A DNA stretch of 64,000 nucleotides, taken from an uncultured Rivularia sp. (lineage in GTDB: Bacteria; Cyanobacteriota; Cyanobacteriia; Cyanobacteriales; Nostocaceae). A model generated the notes under the pieces. That model made no database searches. It saw only the letters and a list, made by a program, of their open reading frames with translations, and had not been told where the DNA came from. Each line of letters starts with the position of its first letter. Position 1 is the first letter of the stretch. The DNA lies in NCBI GenBank assembly GCA_963665115.1, contig OY762007.1, forward strand, positions 1,024,001-1,088,000, written 5' to 3'. Shown piece after piece: positions 19,308-30,799 of the stretch. The position numbers were made by a program, and so were the translations under genes.

Positions 19308-21488
19308 TCAATAGTAATTAGAATAGGTTTGCACTCTCTTGTCGCCATTTATTACCATTCCCAATACATTAGTTCGTGCCATTTTTAAGTTGTCTATAGC
19401 TTGCATTATTCCTAACCTGTGTGTTTGATGAATTCTGGCTACAAATATAACACCATTTGTTAATGGTGCAATTAAATTAGCATCAGCTAAACCGATTAAA
19501 GGTGGAGTATCATAAATTACTAAATCAAATTTAGAGTGTAAATCTTCCATGATTTGCCTCATTTTTTGAGAGGAAAGTAACTTTGTTGGATCTGGAGGAA
19601 TTGGTCCAGCGGTAATTACAGATAGTCCACCTATTGAAGATAGCTGTCGTATAGCTGTTTCTAAAGGTATATTTCCAGAAAGCAGATTACTTAATCCCCA
19701 GAGATTATTTAAATTAGATAAATCATGAATTTGTGGTCGGCGCATATCTGCATCTACTAATAATACTCGTCTTCCCATAGCACAAGCTGTTTGCGCTAAG
19801 TTGAATGCAACTGTAGACTTACCGTCTCCAGACATAGCAGAACTGATAACTAAGGAATTAATAGTTTCATCAGAACTGAGTAACTGAATATTGGTATGCA
19901 GAACCCGAAATGCTTCTAAAAATCTGGATGATTCACTATACTTTTTAATAGCTATCTCTTGCTGGGGAATATCTTGCGTGGATCGCAAAGTCTTCGCAGG
20001 GAGAACATTCACTGTTTCATTAAAGCTATTTGCTTCTAAAGCAAGTTTTTGTTGGCTATATAAGGACTGTTTTTCAAAAGGAATATTTGCTAGAAGAGGT
20101 AATCTGATATTTTCTTTGAAAGCTTCGATAGAATGGTACCGATTATCTAACTTTTCAATAAGTAATCCGCTACCAATTCCTAAAATAGTGCTAGCAACAA
20201 ATCCTAAAATTAAATTACGTGGAATACTTGGAGATATTGGGTCTTCAGGTAAAATTGGTGTTTGAATTAACTGCCAAGGAATTTGTGTTTGTGCTGCTTC
20301 TATTTGTAGCTTTTCACGAGTAGCTAAAAAACGATTTAAGCTATCATTTGCAATTTGTAATTCCGCGATTAACTCAGTATATTTCCGATTTATATATGGT
20401 AGTTGCTCAATTTTTTTCTTAAGTTGCTGTTCTGTTGTAGCTAATGCTTCACTTTGCTGTTGTAAATTCCGTACTTCTGAAACTGCTTCAGCACGTCTTA
20501 TATATAGGACTCGTTGCGCTTCTTGACGCAGCAAAGGCAGTAGTTTCTGTCGTTTTTCTCGCAAATTTTGAATTGGAATGCTATTCTCCAGAAAACGTGT
20601 TGATTCACTAGCTATTTGAGACTCTAATCCACGTAATTGGACAATCAGTTGCTGGTATACGGGTGCGTCATTCAGTACCGCTAATGCTCCTTGTTGATTT
20701 TGTAAATTATTTAACCCTGAATAAGCATGTGCCAGTTTTTGGTCGGCTTCTACTCGTTTTTCTGATAATATTTTTAGTTCGTTAGAAATTTGTTCGGCTT
20801 GAGTTTCTGGCTGGAGAAAATCCTGCTTTTGTCTAAATAGTTGTAGTTCTTCCTGAAGTTTGTTTACACGCTTCTGAATGGGTGACAATTGCTTTTCTAC
20901 AAAATTAAGACCTTGACGCAAGTGAGTTTGACGATTTTCTAAACTATACTGTAAATAAACTTGAGCAAGTTTATCTAATACTGCTTTAGTCTTAACTCTA
21001 TCATTGGCTTCGTAAGCAACTTCTATAATTTTAGTTTCACCCAAGCGAACAATACGAAGAGATTCTATTAAAGACTCATAGTCAATATCTCCATAAGAAG
21101 CTTGCAACTCCTTAACCACTTTTGTCATGAATTCAGGACTTTTAAGGACTTGAATTTGAGTTTCGTAATCAAGACCTGACTTAGTTAAGCTTCCTTCAAA
21201 AATTGTGGGTAAATCGTTTTCTTCACTGTTTACAGGTTCAGCTAGAATTTGGAATTTACTTTCGTATTGAAATTCTTGATTGAGGGTGAAAGTCACAACA
21301 CCAGCCATTACAAGACTTGCCACCCCTAAAATTGCTAAACTTCGTCGTTTAATAATGCTGAAAAATTGACGTAAATCCCAGTCATCTTCTTCAGTTTCAC
21401 CCCAAGGTATAGGTTGAGCTTGAAGCAACTGAGGTGCATAGCCTATGTCTCGATTTTCAGTTGAGGATTTAAAAGAATATGTCTCCAT
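19308..21488 (-). CDS. wzc: Polysaccharide co-polymerase/tyrosine autokinase (Wzc/GumC)
   Basis: Two TM segments flanking a coiled coil; SAMSGDGKST Walker A, LLVDADMRRP, VIYDTPP and terminal YSNYY. Confidence 0.93.
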   Translation of the reverse strand: METYSFKSSTENRDIGYAPQLLQAQPIPWGETEEDDWDLRQFFSIIKRRSLAILGVASLVMAGVVTFTLNQEFQYESKFQILAEPVNSEENDLPTIFEGSLTKSGLDYETQIQVLKSPEFMTKVVKELQASYGDIDYESLIESLRIVRLGETKIIEVAYEANDRVKTKAVLDKLAQVYLQYSLENRQTHLRQGLNFVEKQLSPIQKRVNKLQEELQLFRQKQDFLQPETQAEQISNELKILSEKRVEADQKLAHAYSGLNNLQNQQGALAVLNDAPVYQQLIVQLRGLESQIASESTRFLENSIPIQNLREKRQKLLPLLRQEAQRVLYIRRAEAVSEVRNLQQQSEALATTEQQLKKKIEQLPYINRKYTELIAELQIANDSLNRFLATREKLQIEAAQTQIPWQLIQTPILPEDPISPSIPRNLILGFVASTILGIGSGLLIEKLDNRYHSIEAFKENIRLPLLANIPFEKQSLYSQQKLALEANSFNETVNVLPAKTLRSTQDIPQQEIAIKKYSESSRFLEAFRVLHTNIQLLSSDETINSLVISSAMSGDGKSTVAFNLAQTACAMGRRVLLVDADMRRPQIHDLSNLNNLWGLSNLLSGNIPLETAIRQLSSIGGLSVITAGPIPPDPTKLLSSQKMRQIMEDLHSKFDLVIYDTPPLIGLADANLIAPLTNGVIFVARIHQTHRLGIMQAIDNLKMARTNVLGMVINGDKRVQTYSNYY

Positions 21489-22158
21489 TGCTTCTTTACG
21501 CTTACTATAAGTCTAAAGGGGAGCATCAAAACTATCAGCCAACAGAGAATAATCACTGAGACTTGAAGTGTCTTAAAGCAAAATATTAACTTTACCGACT
21601 ACTCAATGACTTCCTTGAATATACTGAGTTTTTAGGTTTTTATTAATATCTATTAATACTCTCATTAGAGAAAAATACAAACTATATTTTATCTAAATCT
21701 TCTCAAAAATCGCTATATTTTATAAATATCGTGTTTTATCTGTTCTTTTAGCTCTGCCGAACGAAAATTAAGCCGATCAAATTTTTATAGGTAAAATCTA
21801 CAACTATTGAGTAGATTTACTGAAGTACTATAAGACTAGTATGATGTAAAAATAGTTTTACGCAGATAGAATAAAACCGAGTTTACACGGTTATTGTTAG
21901 GCTTGTTACAAAAAAGATTCTTTGTAGCTATAGTCCTCGTAATTGCAATGCTAACTTGCGAAAGAGTCAACATTCATATCATGAGGAATATAGCATTAAC
22001 AAATAATGTTTATTTGCTGAGAAGCATGATATTTTATTCTTCTTATAGCGAATAATAAGAAAAAGAAAAGATTTGTATTTTTTTTTAATCATGCTAAGAA
22101 TCTTATTTATTTGGGTAGATTGATATAAATATTCCAAGAACTTTGGTATGACAATAAA

Positions 22159-23469
22159 ATGGCAAAATCCGTAGAAGAATTGAAAACACGTTTTCCAAAT
22201 AAATACAATCGATTACGAAATTTAACTCAGGAATTTGTTGAAATTGGGCAGTTAATTAAATTATCTGTTATTACCCAATTTTTTCCTCCAGATTACGCCC
22301 CAACAGGGCAATTAATTGAGGAATTAGTAATGCAACTGAGTAAACAGGGTCTAGATATTGAAGTCTTTACAGGACAACCGGGCTATGCTTTCGAGAAAAA
22401 AAATGCCCCTCCTGTCGAGACTCGTTTTGGAGTCAGAATTAAACGATCGCGCACTACGCAACTTTGGTCTAAAAGAATTCGCGGTAAAACTATAAATGGA
22501 ATTTTATTTACCTTACGTGCAGCGTTGTATTTAATTTCGGCTGCTCGTCGTCGCAATACAGTTTTGCTAACTACGGCTCCCCCATTTTTACCTGTCTTAG
22601 GATATTTAGCTCATATGCTTTTTGGACTCAGCTATATTTGTGTACTCTACGATTTGTATCCAGACATTGCTGTTGCTCTCGATGTAGTACCAAAACAGCA
22701 TTTTTTGGCTCGATTATGGCAGGCAATAAATAGACGGGTGTTCCGAAAAGCTACTGGGATAATAGTTCTTAGCCCTGCAATGAAGCGACAAATTGCGGCA
22801 AATTATCCGGAGGCAGCCGATAAAATATCCGTGATTCAGAGTTGGGCAAATACTCAAAAGATTGTGCCTATTGATAAAAAAGACAATTGGTTTGCTCGGA
22901 GACACTCACTTGTAAATAAATTTACAGTCTTGTACTCAGGCAACATGGGTAGATGTCATGATATACAAACTATGTTGGAGGCTGCCAAATATCTCCAAGA
23001 TGAGCCTATTAAGTTTGTGTGTATTGGCGGTGGTGCAAAACGCGAACAACTTATCAAAGAGGTAAAACGATTAGAATTAAAAAACTTTTTGTTTCTTCCA
23101 TATCAAGAAAGAGATGATTTACCTTATTCCTTGACAGCTTGCGATTTATCCCTAGTAAGCGTGGATGCAAAGATGGAGAGTTTAGTTGCTCCAAGTAAAC
23201 TTTATCCTGCTTTAGCCACAGGAAGACCAGTAGCAGTTATCTGTCCCCAGCATTCGTACTTAAAACAGTTAATTGCGGATGGAAATTGCGGTCAAACTTT
23301 TGAAAATGGAGATAGTTCCGGTTTAGCAGAGTATATCCGTAAGTTAAGTCAGGATAGTGTTTTAACAAATAAAACTGGTAAGGCTGCGCGTGAATACGCA
23401 GAATCTTATTTCACTTCCGAGGTGATTTCTAGGCAATACTATAACGTCTTGTTGCAAGCAGTTTTATAA
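22159..23469 (+). CDS. GT4 glycosyltransferase (WcaI-like)
   Basis: QFFPPDYAPTG, DLYPD, YSGNMG and PSKLY motifs. Confidence 0.92.
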   Translation: MAKSVEELKTRFPNKYNRLRNLTQEFVEIGQLIKLSVITQFFPPDYAPTGQLIEELVMQLSKQGLDIEVFTGQPGYAFEKKNAPPVETRFGVRIKRSRTTQLWSKRIRGKTINGILFTLRAALYLISAARRRNTVLLTTAPPFLPVLGYLAHMLFGLSYICVLYDLYPDIAVALDVVPKQHFLARLWQAINRRVFRKATGIIVLSPAMKRQIAANYPEAADKISVIQSWANTQKIVPIDKKDNWFARRHSLVNKFTVLYSGNMGRCHDIQTMLEAAKYLQDEPIKFVCIGGGAKREQLIKEVKRLELKNFLFLPYQERDDLPYSLTACDLSLVSVDAKMESLVAPSKLYPALATGRPVAVICPQHSYLKQLIADGNCGQTFENGDSSGLAEYIRKLSQDSVLTNKTGKAAREYAESYFTSEVISRQYYNVLLQAVL

Positions 23470-23621
23470 GAGAAAAGTGCATCTACCATATCTATCAATT
23501 GGCATTAATTCAAATTTATCAGTTATGAAATTTAGGTTTTGATAGATTAGTTTTTCAGTAATAATACGGTCAAAATACATTTGGATTAAGTGTATATTTT
23601 TTAATTGGAGTTAACGCGATC

Positions 23622-24173
23622 GTGAACAATAAAGGTGTAACAGTTTGGCTAACAGGTTTAAGTGGCGCGGGTAAAACCACAATCGTCAGATGCATAGAAG
23701 AAAAACTCAAAGCTCGAAATTGTCGAGTTGAAGTTTTGGATGGCGATTTAATCAGAACTTGGCTATCTCAGGGATTGGGTTTTAGCAAAAAAGATCGCGA
23801 CATTAACGTGCGTCGAGTAGGATTTGTGGCTAATTTGCTCAGTCGCAATGGAGTAGTTGTACTTGCTGCCACGATCAGCCCTTATCAAGATATTCGAGAT
23901 GAAATTCGAGCCATTAATAAAGATTTTGTGGAGGTTCATGTTAATGCACCCTTAGAAGTTTGTGAAGCGCGAGATGTTAAGGGGTTGTATGCGAAAGCTA
24001 GAGCCGGAGAGATTAAGGGTTTTACAGGTATAGATGACCCTTATGAGGTTCCATTGAATCCAGAAGTTGTTTGTGAGAGTGGGAAGGAAACTGTTGAGGA
24101 AAGTGCCGATCGGGTGATTAGTGCTTTGGAAGAGTTGGGTTATGTTGAGGTTCGAGCGGAGTCTGGGGTTTAG
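23622..24173 (+). CDS. cysC: Adenylyl-sulfate kinase
   Basis: WLTGLSGAGKTT, LDGD, RDVKGLY and FTGIDDPYE motifs. Confidence 0.97.
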   Translation: MNNKGVTVWLTGLSGAGKTTIVRCIEEKLKARNCRVEVLDGDLIRTWLSQGLGFSKKDRDINVRRVGFVANLLSRNGVVVLAATISPYQDIRDEIRAINKDFVEVHVNAPLEVCEARDVKGLYAKARAGEIKGFTGIDDPYEVPLNPEVVCESGKETVEESADRVISALEELGYVEVRAESGV

Positions 24174-24242
24174 CTGATAAAGCAAGCATCAAATTCAAAG
24201 TCAAGCCTACAATCAATTGTTTCAATACTGTAGTTAATTAAG

Positions 24243-25580
24243 ATGCTCAATCGAATTTCCGCATTCATCAATCTGGGTAAAGCAGATAGCTTAAAGCGGC
24301 GTTTGATTAAAGGTGCTGTAGGTTCATTTGGATTAAAAATTGCTGGCACAGGTTTAACCTTTCTAAACAGCTTAATCTTTGCTCGACTATTAGGTATAGA
24401 AGGTTTGGGTACTTATGCTTATGTTATTACCTGGATTAACTTACTAATTATTCCAGCAACATTAGGATTGCCTAAGTTGATTGTACGTGAAGTAGCTATA
24501 TACCAAACTCGATCGGAATGGGGCTTGATGCGAGGTCTTTTAAATTGGTCTAACCAAGTTGTACTATTAGTATCAATCATATTAGCCTTGATCGCAGGGG
24601 GTATTGCCTACAGTTTTGGGATGAATGGAAACTCGCAGATGTTATTAGCGTTTTGTGTAGCACTAGTTTCCTTACCTATAGCTTCTTTAACAAAAGTGAG
24701 ACTCTCAGTAATAGGAGGTCTACATAAAGTAGTTTTGGCTCAATTACCAGAAATACTGATTACACCTTTATTACTGATTATCCTAAGTGTATTTACACAT
24801 CTGCTTTTAAAGGAAGAATTTGATGCTTCAACTGTTGTAGCAATCCATGTTTTAGCCATTGCTATTACATTCATTATTGGAATATGCTTACTACATCAGA
24901 CATTACCTAAAGCAATCGGCAATGCTTCTCCTCAATACCAAGTAAAAAAGTGGATAAGTAGTTCTTTACCTCTGATGTTTCTTGGTGCAATGCACTTAAT
25001 TAATTCGCGAACCGATATTTTAATGTTGGGTGCGATGAGAGGGACAGAAGATGTAGGTGTATACGTAGTCGTTAGCCGAGTAACATCTTTAATTGTCTTT
25101 ATTCTTCTGGCTGTAAACAGCGCTTTAGCACCTAATATTGCTAGTCTTTATGCAGAAGGAAAAATTGAACAATTACAACGAATAATTACTAATAGTTCCC
25201 GCATCGTCTTTTTTGTTTCCCTCACTGTTGCTATTAGCGTAATTGGATTTAGTTATTGGGTTTTGCTTCTATTTGGCTCTGATTTTACACAAGGACAGAA
25301 TGCTCTAATAATTTTGAGTATTGGGCAGTTAGTAAACGCAGCTATGGGACCAGTAGGTTTATTATTAACAATGTCTGGTCATGAAAGATATACAGTTATC
25401 AGTGTAGGAACTGGTGCAATATTTAATATTATTCTAAATGCTTTATTAATACCAATATGGAGAATAGAAGGTGCCGCAATAGCTACTACAAGTAGCACAA
25501 TTATCTGGAACGGTATTAGTTTTATCTATGTTAAAAAAAAGTTAGGAATTAATTCTACAGCTATAGGAAGTTTAAACTAA
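24243..25580 (+). CDS. wzx: Polysaccharide flippase
   Basis: About 12 TM segments; ARLLG..G.G.Y and RTDILMLG...VGVY MOP-family motifs. Confidence 0.9.
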   Translation: MLNRISAFINLGKADSLKRRLIKGAVGSFGLKIAGTGLTFLNSLIFARLLGIEGLGTYAYVITWINLLIIPATLGLPKLIVREVAIYQTRSEWGLMRGLLNWSNQVVLLVSIILALIAGGIAYSFGMNGNSQMLLAFCVALVSLPIASLTKVRLSVIGGLHKVVLAQLPEILITPLLLIILSVFTHLLLKEEFDASTVVAIHVLAIAITFIIGICLLHQTLPKAIGNASPQYQVKKWISSSLPLMFLGAMHLINSRTDILMLGAMRGTEDVGVYVVVSRVTSLIVFILLAVNSALAPNIASLYAEGKIEQLQRIITNSSRIVFFVSLTVAISVIGFSYWVLLLFGSDFTQGQNALIILSIGQLVNAAMGPVGLLLTMSGHERYTVISVGTGAIFNIILNALLIPIWRIEGAAIATTSSTIIWNGISFIYVKKKLGINSTAIGSLN

Positions 25581-25595
25581 TTAAAGGTATTAAGA

Positions 25596-26321
25596 ATGAA
25601 AAATACTGTTAAAAGAAATAGATTACAATCATTTCGAGGACATCACTGTTACACTAAGATAATCTCCTCAAACTCTATAATTGTAGACTTAGGCGCTCAT
25701 TTTGCTCAATTTTCCCACGAAATAAGTAGTTATTTTAACTGTAGATGTTATGCAGTTGAAGCATTACCATCGCTGTATACAGAAATCGTTGAAACACCTT
25801 TAGTAAAAAAGTTTAACTATGCGATATCCAATACTAATGCTGGTATAGAATTTTGTGTTACAGAGAATCCAGAGTCTAACCATATTGTTAAATATAACAC
25901 TGATGTAAGTCAAGACATAATTTCAGTAGAAGGCGTAACACTTGAAAGTTTCATAAACCAGCAAAAAATAAAATCGATTGATTTACTAAAAGTAGATATT
26001 GAAGGTGCAGAAATAGATTTATTTGAATCATTGACTGATGAAATTATATCCAATATCAAACAAATTACTATAGAATTTCACGATTTTCAATTTGATATTA
26101 GAAATGAAGTAGAAGCGATTAAAGAAAGATTAAAATCACTTGGTTTTATTTGTATCGTTTTTTCAAGAGCAAATAATGGCGATGTTTTATTTATTAATAG
26201 GCATAAATGTAATATTTCAATTTTAGATTATATATATATTAAATATTTAGCAAGATATGTTAGAGGTGTATCGAAAATAGCTAAGAGAATTTATAGCCAG
26301 AAAGCCTTAGAGATAAATTAA
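25596..26321 (+). CDS. FkbM family methyltransferase
   Basis: VDLGAH, IDLLKVDIEGAE and IEFH motifs. Confidence 0.92.
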   Translation: MKNTVKRNRLQSFRGHHCYTKIISSNSIIVDLGAHFAQFSHEISSYFNCRCYAVEALPSLYTEIVETPLVKKFNYAISNTNAGIEFCVTENPESNHIVKYNTDVSQDIISVEGVTLESFINQQKIKSIDLLKVDIEGAEIDLFESLTDEIISNIKQITIEFHDFQFDIRNEVEAIKERLKSLGFICIVFSRANNGDVLFINRHKCNISILDYIYIKYLARYVRGVSKIAKRIYSQKALEIN

Positions 26322-26341
26322 AGCAGAGTAACAAGGTTAAC

Positions 26342-27061
26342 ATGATAATTTCTCACAAATATAAATTCATTTTCATCAAAAAAAGAAAACCAGCAGCAAC
26401 AAGTTTAGAACTATTTTTATCGCAAATTTGTGGTGAAGAAGACATAGTTACACCAATTAAAGAGGGTGGAAATAACCGTCGAAATTATCAGGGGTTATTC
26501 AATCCTTTACCTGAAGTAATTAAATACGCCAATGTAGCTAATCCTAAGAACTATCATTATCGACTTTATTCAAGTAATTCCATTAAAGATTATTTTAAAA
26601 CAAGAAAATTTTACAATCATATTCCTGCTTATCAGGTGAAAGAAAGAGTTTCAGAAAATATTTGGCAAAATTACTATAAATTTTGCTTCGATAGAAATCC
26701 GTGGGATAAAACTATATCTCACTACTATTTCATGAAAACTGATAAAAATGAAAACGTTAGTTTCGATAATTATTTATCACAAAATTATTTAGCTTGGAAT
26801 TATCCACTTTATACTAATCCATTAAATTCAAATGAAATAATTGTTGATTATGTAGCTAAATATGAAAATTTAAATCAAGAGCTTAGTCAAATTTTTGATA
26901 AGTTAGCTATACCATTTAATGGTAAATTAAATATTCGGCTTAAAAGTCATATCCGCAAAGAAAAAAGACCTTATCAAGAATTTTTATTAGATAAACATTG
27001 TGATTTTATTGAAAAAGAATTTTCACAAGAAATAAAACTACATAATTACACATTTAACTAA
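26342..27061 (+). CDS. Sulfotransferase family 2 protein
   Basis: MIISHKYKFIFI, RNPWD..IS.Y and YENL motifs. Confidence 0.85.
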   Translation: MIISHKYKFIFIKKRKPAATSLELFLSQICGEEDIVTPIKEGGNNRRNYQGLFNPLPEVIKYANVANPKNYHYRLYSSNSIKDYFKTRKFYNHIPAYQVKERVSENIWQNYYKFCFDRNPWDKTISHYYFMKTDKNENVSFDNYLSQNYLAWNYPLYTNPLNSNEIIVDYVAKYENLNQELSQIFDKLAIPFNGKLNIRLKSHIRKEKRPYQEFLLDKHCDFIEKEFSQEIKLHNYTFN

Positions 27062-27132
27062 TTTTTTTGAAAACTGCTATACAAAATTAATCAAAGAGAA
27101 GCACTAAATACAATAAAAAAGTCATAATCCAT

Positions 27133-27987
27133 ATGAGCCAGATATCGACGATAAATCAGATGCAGACAAAAGATAAAATGGGTAAGCACATCGTTATCGC
27201 AACTCATCCACGTTCTGGTACGCACTTGACAATTGACCTTTTACGTAAACAGTTTCAAGAATGTCAATCATGGCTATGGTTTGGCGAAACTTTACATCAT
27301 TCTTACTTAAATTTAGATCATTTAGCACAAAATTGTTCACCAAATATCAGCCAGAAAGAAGCTCTTAGCATTCTTTGTCGTGCTAAACGACCAATCATTA
27401 AAACTCATGCCTTACCTGGTTTTAATGAGCTTGGTGATGAAAATAAGGAGTTTGTTAACAATTTAATGCAAAATGCAGATGTTTATTATGTAGTTCGTGA
27501 TGGTCGAGATGTAATATGTTCTGTCTACTTATGGATGCAAAATTTTGACCCGAAGACAAGGTGTTCATTGTCAGAATTTCTACGTCAAGAAGAGAATGGT
27601 ATGAGTCGTCCTAAAGTTTGGGCGCATCACGTTCTCAGCTGGCTAAACGAACCGAAAATTAATTTACTTAGATTTGAACAAATCATTAAAGATACCCCTA
27701 ATATTTTAAGTAATATTAGTCAAAAGTTAGGGTTAAAGCCTTTATATGTAGAAGCCTTGTTGCCTAAAAGAAGACAATTAGGTAATAGGTGGGAAGACTA
27801 CTGGTTGAGGTTAACACGGCAATTTGAGAGTACTACAATAGTTGGTCGCTATCGCGGACAAAAATCTCCGAAGTGGCAAGAAGTTTTTACTAATCAAGAC
27901 CGTCAATTTTTTCATCAAGAAGCAGGAGATGTGTTAATCCGGTTAGGCTATGAAGTTGATGATTCATGGATAGAGACTTCTAACTAA
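27133..27987 (+). CDS. Sulfotransferase domain protein
   Basis: PRSGTH 5'-PSB loop, IKTH and VRDGRDV..S 3'-PB motif. Confidence 0.9.
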   Translation: MSQISTINQMQTKDKMGKHIVIATHPRSGTHLTIDLLRKQFQECQSWLWFGETLHHSYLNLDHLAQNCSPNISQKEALSILCRAKRPIIKTHALPGFNELGDENKEFVNNLMQNADVYYVVRDGRDVICSVYLWMQNFDPKTRCSLSEFLRQEENGMSRPKVWAHHVLSWLNEPKINLLRFEQIIKDTPNILSNISQKLGLKPLYVEALLPKRRQLGNRWEDYWLRLTRQFESTTIVGRYRGQKSPKWQEVFTNQDRQFFHQEAGDVLIRLGYEVDDSWIETSN

Positions 27988-28054
27988 TATTGATCGTGAA
28001 GTCGCAATTTCTGTTGTTATTAGAAAGCTATTTTCAATAAATAAAGTAACTTAT

Positions 28055-29293
28055 ATGTTAAATTCCAAAGTATTAGTAGCACATCTAGGAGCTAGAAAGC
28101 ATTATCAGGAACCTCTTCTTTTTCAAGAATGGGGTGTTTTAGAAAAGTTTTACACTGACTTCTATGCAGAGAATAATCCAATTACTAAAATATTAAGAAA
28201 AGCAACAATTTACAATCAACTACCAGGTTTACTGAAAAAAGGTCTGGATAGATATGAACCATTCCTTGACAGACAAAAGATTGTTCACTTCCCCATGTTT
28301 GGATATCAATTTACTCAAATTAGGAAGAAATCGCAGATGCAAGAAAGAGCGAGTATTTATATTTGGGCAGGGAAAGAGTTTGGAAAGCGGATTATTAAAA
28401 ATGGTTTAGGTAATGCGAATATTGTTTATGGATTTAACGGTGAATCATTAGAACTATTTGAATATGCTTCATCACAAGGTCTTCGCTGTATTCTAGATCA
28501 AACTATCGCTGAAAGATCATTATTAAATAAACTTTTATTAGAGGAAGAACAAATTTGGCAAAACTGGTCACAAACACCTTTCAATATTCATGACAATGAT
28601 TTGGAATTACTGCAAAGGGAACAACGAGAGCAGGACTTAGCTAATCATATTATTTGTGGCTCCAATTTTGTTAAGAACTCTTTAGTAAAGCGAGGAATAA
28701 ATGCTAATAAAATTTCTGTAGTAGCGTTAGGTCGTCAAAAGGAAAGTTCATTCCAAAATTATTATTTTGAACGTAAAAATCCCCGAGAAAGAGGGGATGG
28801 ATTAAGAATATTATTTGCCGGAGCAGTTAACCTCCGTAAAGGAATTCCTTATTTATTGGAAGCTTTAAAACAACTAAAAGTAGAAATACCTTTTACTTGT
28901 AAGATTGCAGGTGCTATTGAAATTCAGCCTCATCGTGTCGCTGAGTATAGTGATATATGTCAATTTCTAGGACGAGTTCCTCGTTCAGTAATGATGCAAC
29001 TATATGAATGGGCAGATGTCTTTGTGCTTCCTTCTATTTGTGAAGGTTCGGCAATGGTGACTTATGAAGCTTTAAGTATGGGACTACCTGTCATAACCAC
29101 TCCCAACTCAGGTTCTATTGTCAAAGATAATTTTAATGGTTTCATTGTTCCAATTCGTCAGGCGAAAATTATGATGGCAAAATTAATTTCTATTTATGAG
29201 GAAAAGCTAATTTTTAATAACTTTATAAATTATGATGAATATCTAAAACAGATATTTATTACTTCTCAGAATCACTTGAAAGCAGTTATTTAA
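28055..29293 (+). CDS. GT4 glycosyltransferase
   Basis: LFAG...RKG and PSICEGSAMVTYEAL (EX7E). Confidence 0.92.
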   Translation: MLNSKVLVAHLGARKHYQEPLLFQEWGVLEKFYTDFYAENNPITKILRKATIYNQLPGLLKKGLDRYEPFLDRQKIVHFPMFGYQFTQIRKKSQMQERASIYIWAGKEFGKRIIKNGLGNANIVYGFNGESLELFEYASSQGLRCILDQTIAERSLLNKLLLEEEQIWQNWSQTPFNIHDNDLELLQREQREQDLANHIICGSNFVKNSLVKRGINANKISVVALGRQKESSFQNYYFERKNPRERGDGLRILFAGAVNLRKGIPYLLEALKQLKVEIPFTCKIAGAIEIQPHRVAEYSDICQFLGRVPRSVMMQLYEWADVFVLPSICEGSAMVTYEALSMGLPVITTPNSGSIVKDNFNGFIVPIRQAKIMMAKLISIYEEKLIFNNFINYDEYLKQIFITSQNHLKAVI

Positions 29294-29360
29294 CTGAATA
29301 TAGTAAAAAGCAAAATACGATCTACTTAAAGTTTAGTTTATTAAAAAAATATCATAATCT

Positions 29361-30716
29361 ATGATAAATCCATTGTATATTTCAAAGAATGCTATTTTAT
29401 ATAATTACCTAACAATATTTATTTGTTTTTGGTGGATAGTAACTAATCTTACTTATCTTAAAAAAATAAATATTAACACATGGATTGCTTTATTGCTACC
29501 ATCTAACCTCATTCCATTTATGATATTTTTAATTTACTGTATTCCTTTATTGTGGGTATTATTTGATTCTGAATTTAATATATCTCTTATCTCATTGTCA
29601 CATATTGAAACTAGCGTCATAATAATTTTATTCGTAACAATTTTCATTCTTATTGGTTTACATTTGTATAGAAAAAAAGTACTTAGAAGACCTATTGGTA
29701 AATATGATTTTAGAAAATTAGATAAAGTTATTAAGGGGAAAAATGGAAATGAGCTAATATTATTGATTGCTCTTTTTTCAGCTTTTATATTTCCTTTTGC
29801 GTTTGCTTTAAGGACTGATTTAATATTTGCTGAAGGAATTAGAAGAATAGAAAGGGTAACTGATAGCTATTTTTTATTTATAATGATTCCTTTTGCTCGA
29901 ATAATGCTAACAATTATGACAGTTATTTCGGGTTTTTTATACTCTTATAAGCCTAAAAACAAATTAGTTTTTGTTCCTCTATTTTTAGATACATTACATT
30001 ATCTTCTTAAACTCAGTAGAGGTTCATTTTTACCAACAGTTTTATTTTTTATTGCAGCTTGTTTATCAGGTAAAAAATTTTCACGATGGATATATTACAT
30101 TTTATTCCCATTTTGTTTATCGCTTGGATCTATAACAATTGCAGCTAGAAATCTAGCATCTTTTGGATTACAAGGTTTATCTACCGGTTTAAATCAAGTA
30201 AATTCTGATATTCTGGGCTCGGTGAAAGATTTTTTTGAAGCTAATTCTATGATAGGTCTGATAAGTACTTCTGTCCGATTGCGCGAGCTATACAATCCAA
30301 ATGGAGATGTTGTGCATGGCTTCTTATTATGGGTACAAACTATATTACCAACCCCTACTTTTTTGGGAGTAACTGGAGAATCTATTAGCATCCATAAGCT
30401 TTTAGGACTAAGTTACGGAGTTCCTATGCCAACAGTGGGTGAGATATTTTTCAGAATGGGATGGATTGGATTATTACTTTTCTTATGTTTAGGTTTTTTG
30501 ATAGGAAAAATAGAAGGTGAAATTATTAGACATATTTTGATTTATAGAAAAGCTTATTGGCCTCATATACTACTTTTACTATCTTTGTTATTTGGTTTTA
30601 TAATATCTTTTCATAGCCCTAGTCGTTCAGCATCTCGATTTTTTATCTACTCTGCTATCTTTATTTGGGGAAATAAAATTTTGGTCCAAAGTAATTCTCT
30701 TAAATTTAATAAGTAA
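29361..30716 (+). CDS. wzy: Probable Wzy polysaccharide polymerase
   Basis: About 11-12 TM segments, SRG motif, periplasmic loop then GEIFFRMGWIG; very AT-rich; lies inside a wzx cluster. Confidence 0.7.
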   Translation: MINPLYISKNAILYNYLTIFICFWWIVTNLTYLKKININTWIALLLPSNLIPFMIFLIYCIPLLWVLFDSEFNISLISLSHIETSVIIILFVTIFILIGLHLYRKKVLRRPIGKYDFRKLDKVIKGKNGNELILLIALFSAFIFPFAFALRTDLIFAEGIRRIERVTDSYFLFIMIPFARIMLTIMTVISGFLYSYKPKNKLVFVPLFLDTLHYLLKLSRGSFLPTVLFFIAACLSGKKFSRWIYYILFPFCLSLGSITIAARNLASFGLQGLSTGLNQVNSDILGSVKDFFEANSMIGLISTSVRLRELYNPNGDVVHGFLLWVQTILPTPTFLGVTGESISIHKLLGLSYGVPMPTVGEIFFRMGWIGLLLFLCLGFLIGKIEGEIIRHILIYRKAYWPHILLLLSLLFGFIISFHSPSRSASRFFIYSAIFIWGNKILVQSNSLKFNK

Positions 30717-30799
30717 TCTAATATTGCTTTTTTAATTATTTTTGTTTTCTATGTAATTTACTGTGTTTTAAGCATTCTTAAAAGCTTTAATCTAAATAT

